From Octopus bimaculoides (Eukaryota): a DNA stretch of 42,737 nucleotides. Below the pieces are notes generated by a model. It was not told where the DNA came from. It ran no database searches and was given only the letters and a program-made list of their open reading frames with translations. Below, piece after piece: positions 36,843 through 42,737 of this stretch. A program made the position numbers and the translations under genes. Position 1 is the stretch's first letter. Each line of letters starts with the position of its first letter. The stretch is from contig NC_068982.1 in assembly GCF_001194135.2 (NCBI RefSeq), forward strand, positions 106,294,530 to 106,337,266, read 5' to 3'.

Positions 36843-37230
36843 GCCTGGAGACGGATAGGCTCCACCAGGAGTGCCATAGTAATTGAATTACAGGCATGTT
36901 TGGTCGCGCCTTCAAGTGCTTTAGTCAATTATATCAGCTCTATTATTTCACTATAAACTGAGCAGACAGCCCGATTCATCTTACACGCGACAGCAGCTGG
37001 TCAACACATACTCACAAGACGCTAATGCATGAACACTGAACGTTGATGTACAGAACATTTTCATATCCCGGACAGGTTTGGGTGTTGGTGCTTCAATGTC
37101 TTTCTTTATTAGCCACAAGCACTCAAAGAAATATATATACATGCATATATGTCCACATAAATGCACGAAAATAATTTTTAAAAAGTACGATAAACCATAT
37201 AATAATTAAAATATAGAATCATTTAAGCAT

Positions 37231-37430
37231 AAGGCGGCGAGATGGCAGAATTATTAGCACATCGGACAAAATGTTAAGCGGTATTTCTTTCGACGTCTTA
37301 CGTTTTGAATTCAAATCCTGCTGAGGTCAACTTTTTCTGTCATGCCTTCCAGATCGATAAACTAAAGTACCAGTTAAGTACTAGGGTTGATGTAATCGAC
37401 TTTTCCTCTCCCCTAAAAAATCTGGCCCTG
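37231..37430 (+). mobile_element. SINE family A
   Basis: AAGGCGGCGAGATGGCAGAATT...GAATTCAAATCC...AAGTACCAGTT...GATGTAATCGACTT. Confidence 0.88.
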
Positions 37431-37921
37431 AACTTTGCAACTGATCGGTGTCCATTTCAGGGAAATGCTGTGATCTTGGTCATTTTTATGCCAGAAATTT
37501 TAAAATTATAATTTAAAGATAAATGATATATGAAATATTGCTGGTTAGGTTGAGTTGGGCACTCAATTTTCATTGCACCACTAGCCAAAATTCAATGTGA
37601 TAACAAAGAAAATATCTTTAAGCCCAGTATCTCATCCAAAAGTATCAACCTGTAGAACCACACTTTCATTGTGCGATGAGGAAGAAATAGTTGTAGTGGA
37701 AAATACGGAAGGAAAGAAGTAGAAAAATTACAACTTTGTTCTCAAGTGTGTTTTGCTCCGGCAAATATAACTTATCTTCGCTTTCTTCTGAATTGTCTCC
37801 TGAAGCAAAGAAATGCTACAGAGTTTTACAAAATTTGCCCATCTAAAGTTCTTTTCTTGCAAAAATTCTGTCTGCTCATTGCAGCTGTTATATAAGCGGA
37901 CTGTATGGAATTGTGTAAGAG

Positions 37922-38031
37922 TTGCTGGTACTTATTTAATTGAGCCCAGAAGGATAAAAGGCAAAATAGACCTTAGCAGAATTCAGAAGTTAAAGACGGA
38001 CGATATTGCCGCTAAGCACTGCTCATCGCCT

Positions 38032-38032
<1 letters not shown>
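37922..38032 (-). mobile_element. SINE family A, internally deleted fragment
   Basis: CTGGTACTTATTTAATTGAGCCCAGAAGGATAAAAGGCAAAATAGACC...GACGGACGA...CGCTAAGCA. Confidence 0.7.
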
Positions 38033-38087
<55 letters not shown>

Positions 38088-38582
38088 ATTTCATGTATTT
38101 TCCACTAGGGCGAAGGATGAGGGTGACAATACAAATCAGATATAAAGTGTTGGAGTTTACATATAATGAAATGATAAAATAAAATAAATAAAATAAAATA
38201 AAAGGGGAGTAAGTATACATAATATACAGTGAAAAGTCAAGGGAACTATACAGAGTAGACAAAGGTTAACAAAAAAGAAAAAAAGGTGGGGAATGATATA
38301 GATGTAGTCCTTCTGATACAGAATGACCTCTAGGGGATAATCGAGGCTGTCCGAGATCCCCCTGAACACCAAGAATAAGTATTCCTTCCGATTCTCTTTC
38401 TCTGACTCACATGTCCACACTGAGAGACGTACCATCCACTCTTACCATTCTCGCAACTCTCACCCACCTTTTAATAAACTCACTCGAGGACAGCACTTCC
38501 CTCTCCACTCTCAATTTCCTTCTCAAGTGAAACCTGAAGAAGTCAATGAGACCTCTACCAAAGAGGAATGTATCTGTCTTCG
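38033..38582 (-). mobile_element. 3' end of an L1/Tx1-like LINE with T-rich 3' UTR and (TAC)n tail
   Basis: Minus-strand open frame KTDTFLFGRGLIDFFRFHLRRKLRVEREVLSSSEFIKRWVRVARMVRVDGTSLSVDM* (stop 38409-38407), then T-rich UTR and the (AGT)n run 38033-38087. Clade assigned from remembered C-terminal F...W pattern only. Confidence 0.55.
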
Positions 38583-38796
38583 ATAATAATAATTCTTTCT
38601 ACTATAGGCAAAGGCCTGAAATTTCGGGGGAGGGGGTATGTCGGTTACATGCTCAACTGGTATTTATTTTGTCGACCCCGAAAAGATGAAAGGCAAAGTC
38701 GATCTCGATGACATTCGAACTCAGAATGTAAAGACGGACGAAATCCCGCTAAGCATTTAGTCCGGCGTATTAAAGATTCTGCCAGTTTTCCGCTTT
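38583..38796 (-). mobile_element. SINE family A, full length
   Basis: Tail TATAGTAGAAAGAATTATTATTAT on the minus strand; head AAAGCGGAAAACTGGCAGAATC. Confidence 0.9.
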
Positions 38797-38819
38797 AATA
38801 ATAATAATAATTATTATTA

Positions 38820-38856
<37 letters not shown>

Positions 38857-38883
38857 GAAAAGAAGAAGAAGAAGAAGAAGAAG

Positions 38884-38927
<44 letters not shown>

Positions 38928-38930
38928 CTA
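38797..38930. repeat. Compound trinucleotide array (TAA)n-(TTA)n-(GAA)n-(CAA)n
   Basis: Direct reading. Confidence 0.95.
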
Positions 38931-40770
38931 CTTTCTTTAATACATGAACCGCTAGCAACTTTCCTGTAGCGATAAAGAAATTTATGAGAATTAAATGAAA
39001 CCGAAAAAAAATTTATATGAACTCCTGCTAATTAACGAAGGTTAATTAATCACAATTATGTTAGCAGCTGCAGTGAAAGAAGTATTGCCCAATCTTTGAC
39101 GTTTCCGTATTATATTTCTTAGTCTTACTTCAGTGATTCCTAATCGTCTTAACCGTGACGGGTATTTAAACGGGTATATATTACCTTACCCCAGCATTTG
39201 GTACTCAGATGAACTGTATTCATATTGGAAAACTCGGCTAAATATTCAGAAAGCAAACTGTGATAAACGTAGTCTTTACGTAAATAGTCGATTAAGATCT
39301 ATTGAGATCAACACAGACATCTGCACTCATTGACTTTTGCTACTTGAATTCATTGACTCGGATTATATAGACGGACGCCGAGAGACGACGTCGCAGGAAG
39401 CCACTCTCCCTATCTCGAAACCTTATTCTCTTATTCTCACGACACGACAATTTTTCTTTTTCTTTTTTTTTTTTACCTTTACTGATTTAAGCCACTCAAC
39501 TGTAGACACGCTGGGATTTTATGGTTTTTAGGCAATTATATCAACCATCAGTACGTACGTTGATTCTTATTTTAACGATCTCAGGAAGGAATNNNNNNNN
39601 NNNNNNNNNNNNNNNNNNNNNNNNNNNNNNNNNNNNNNNNNNNNNNNNNNNNNNNNNNNNNNNNNNNNNNNNNNNNNNNNNNNNNNNNNNNNNNNNNNNN
39701 NNNNNNNNNNNNNNNNNNNNNNNNNNNNNNNNNNNNNNNNNNNNNNNNNNNNNNNNNNNNNNNNNNNNNNNNNNNNNNNNNNNNNNNNNNNNNNNNNNNN
39801 NNNNNNNNNNNNNNNNNNNNNNNNNNNNNNNNNNNNNNNNNNNNNNNNNNNNNNNNNNNNNNNNNNNNNNNNNNNNNNNNNNNNNNNNNNNNNNNNNNNN
39901 NNNNNNNNNNNNNNNNNNNNNNNNNNNNNNNNNNNNNNNNNNNNNNNNNNNNNNNNNNNNNNNNNNNNNNNNNNNNNNNNNNNNNNNNNNNNNNNNNNNN
40001 NNNNNNNNNNNNNNNNNNNNNNNNNNNNNNNNNNNNNNNNNNNNNNNNNNNNNNNNNNNNNNNNNNNNNNNNNNNNNNNNNNNNNNNNNNNNNNNNNNNN
40101 NNNNNNNNNNNNNNNNNNNNNNNNNNNNNNNNNNNNNNNNNNNNNNNNNNNNNNNNNNNNNNNNNNNNNNNNNNNNNNNNNNNNNNNNNNNNNNNNNNNN
40201 NNNNNNNNNNNNNNNNNNNNNNNNNNNNNNNNNNNNNNNNNNNNNNNNNNNNNNNNNNNNNNNNNNNNNNNNNNNNNNNNNNNNNNNNNNNNNNNNNNNN
40301 NNNNNNNNNNNNNNNNNNNNNNNNNNNNNNNNNNNNNNNNNNNNNNNNNNNNNNNNNNNNNNNNNNNNNNNNNNNNNNNNNNNNNNNNNNNNNNNNNNNN
40401 NNNNNNNNNNNNNNNNNNNNNNNNNNNNNNNNNNNNNNNNNNNNNNNNNNNNNNNNNNNNNNNNNNNNNNNNNNNNNNNNNNNNNNNNNNNNNNNNNNNN
40501 NNNNNNNNNNNNNNNNNCGATAAAGGTTTTTTCATACTGAGCTACCCGGCAAAATTGTTAATTATTAATTTTATTACTAATTGATGATTCCCTGCCCTAT
40601 ATATCTATATTTTTAGTAATACCTCTAAGGTGGATGGCTAAACCCCAAACAGTCGTACGGGACTTTTTTCTATGCGGGACTATTTATGACACACACTGAA
40701 TTAAATTCAGAAAGGATTAAGAGGAAAAAGATAACGGAGAGGAAATTAAAAAGAAAGACGGAGAAATATG

Positions 40771-40847
<77 letters not shown>

Positions 40848-40848
<1 letters not shown>

Positions 40849-41197
40849 GTAGAGTAGGTCATCAGACACTACATAACAAGGGAACCGGTAGTTCTGCAAA
40901 CTCTATGGAAAACTTTAGTTTTGCATTGACTAGACTACTCTTCTTCACAGATTTGGTCTCTAAGCACACAGGGTTTCATTGAAGAAATTGAAGGGCTGCA
41001 AAGAACATTCTTCAGTTAAACAACTTCGGTTATATGACTTAAATGCTGGGAGGTCTCAAAGCTCTAAGTTTCTACTCCCTTGAACAACGTAGAGTAAGTG
41101 AGTGAGTGGGACAAAGAGACAGGGAGAGAGAGATAGAGACAGAGACAGAAACAGACAGACAGACAGACGGACGGACGGACGGACGGACGGACGGACG

Positions 41198-41252
<55 letters not shown>

Positions 41253-41630
41253 GGACAGACAGACAGACGGACAGACCGATGTTGATTTTTATGAATGGAA
41301 AATCTTGGAAGGTCATTTTCCAAAACTTTGGCATTAAAGAAAACTTTAATGCAAGAACTAGTAGTTACTGCCAACTTCTGCATATACCAACTTCAAAATC
41401 ACGAGCAAAAACAATATACTGCAACAATTTGATATTCAGAGGTGCTCTGTATTCAACTGTCTACCTAGAGAAATCAGAAACGTAAAAAGGCACCTTTACG
41501 GAATATTTAAGAAAACATTGGATAAACTACTAGCCAAAATACCAGCCAACTATAAATGGCTACATTCAAGGAAGATCAGCTGTTACTAATTCAATGATAA
41601 ACCAACTTCTAGTCACAAAGCTTGAACAAA
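40848..41630 (+). mobile_element. CR1-group LINE ORF2 C-terminal fragment, interrupted by a microsatellite
   Basis: Across frameshifts: VIRHYITREPVVLQTLWKTLVLH*LDYSSSQIWS; EIEGLQRTF; LKALSFYSLEQRR; [repeat]; WKILEG; FGI; KTIYCNNLIFRG; FNCLPREIRN; IFKKTLDKLLAKIP; GYIQGRSAVTNSMINQ. Confidence 0.82.
41097..41277. repeat. (GA)n-(GACA)n-(GGAC)n-(GACA)n compound microsatellite inside the LINE frame
   Basis: Direct reading. Confidence 0.95.
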
Positions 41631-41746
41631 ATTGAAAGCGAAATTCTAAAAATAATTAAATACAATAAAAATGAAGCGGTCTTCTAGTCCACCAACTAAA
41701 ACCAGTATGTATCTGGGTGTGTGAGAGAGAGAGAGAGCTTATGTAA

Positions 41747-41789
<43 letters not shown>

Positions 41790-42169
41790 TCAAGGGCGAG
41801 GTTGCTATTTAGTTAGATAATTTAGGAGTTAGGTTTACTTATAGAATTATTAATTTGCCGATACTGTTTTTGTACAGAGGGTAAATGTGGTTTCTTTGTT
41901 GTAGCTTAATTATTAATGTTAGTGTTTAATACTTCCTAGAATCAAGATTGAATGAATGTGGTGATATCTACGGCATGTTTGTTCCCAAACAACACTTATT
42001 TTAGTGCTGTTGACACCGCCGCATTGAATGGTAAGAGAAATTTGTTCTTGTGACCCACTAGGTATCAAAACCATAGTGATATCCGTGTGTTAGATTGTTG
42101 GTATGGCTGTTATTGTATGCGCGGAATAGTTTTATAAGACATCCATTTGATATATATATATATAGCGGG

Positions 42170-42737
42170 TTCGACTCCTATGATTTTCCAATTGGGTTCA
42201 TGTCAGGAGATTGGCTCGGCCAAGGAAGCTTTTTGATCCCATTTTCAGTCAGCCATTGTTGATTCCTTTTCGCTGTGTGGCATAGAGCCCCATCTTCCAT
42301 GAATAAAAACTCATTTTTTGGTTATGTTATCGTGTTAATACATCGGAAGTAGTCCTTGCTTAGGTATTTTGATGTAATTTTCAGAGTTTATGGTTCCAAC
42401 ACATTCGATCAGCTCAGAACGACCATTGCTGATGACAGCTCCCCACACCATTACAGAGATACCGCCATGTTTCACAGTTGGTTGGAGTCGTTTCAAATCA
42501 AATTCTTGATTGGGAAGCCTCCAGACCCAAACTCGTCCACTGTCTGAAAATAATGCAAATCTAGATTCATCTGAGAAAATCACTCTATCCTAAAACGAAC
42601 TGGATTTTTCTGACATCTCCTTAGCCCATTTCTTTCTTTTCATGATATTAATTGGTTGAAGGAGAGGTTTTCTTCTAGCTGCTCGTCCATAATACCCATG
42701 CTATGCACACACGTTCTTTGACTAACTTCTAGCTGTT
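42170..42737 (-). pseudogene. Tc1-family (DD34E) transposase relic, runs off the window end
   Basis: GYYGRAARRKPLL...[16 protein letters not shown]...TVKHGG.SVMVWG...; after a frameshift FMEDGALCHTAK...LPWPSQSPDMNPIG. There are 34 residues between the second D and the expected E position, where the E codon is damaged. Confidence 0.92.

Noticed and set aside
39133-39531. Two short consecutive + ORFs (66 and 64 aa)
   Set aside because: No recognisable homology or convincing splice boundaries.

Overview
AT-rich, microsatellite-saturated animal genomic DNA from a gapped draft assembly. It is most likely a coleoid cephalopod (Octopus-type), judged from my recollection of the tRNA-derived SINE sequences, not from a search. 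I can support no host protein-coding gene, rRNA, tRNA gene or CRISPR array. Nearly all ORFs in the supplied track are translations of microsatellites or N-gaps. The window is a layered record of mobile elements, several invisible to the ORF track. These are at least 4 tRNA-derived SINE families (about 20 copies) plus an older dispersed repeat; three Tc1/mariner-superfamily relics (mariner DD34D, maT/DD37D-like, Tc1 DD34E); two hAT-type MITEs; a foldback element; and three non-LTR retrotransposon 3' fragments (R4/Dong-like with restriction-like endonuclease, Tx1/L1-like, CR1-group). The most notable structure is a DINE-1/HINE-like (Helentron-associated) element at 13165-14228. It carries tandem microsatellite-containing monomers, and one circularly permuted monomer lies just outside it, suggesting a satellite emerging from a rolling-circle transposon. 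Weak + strand splice signals hint that the window may lie in a long intron. Coordinates were read by eye and may be a few bases off at decayed ends.
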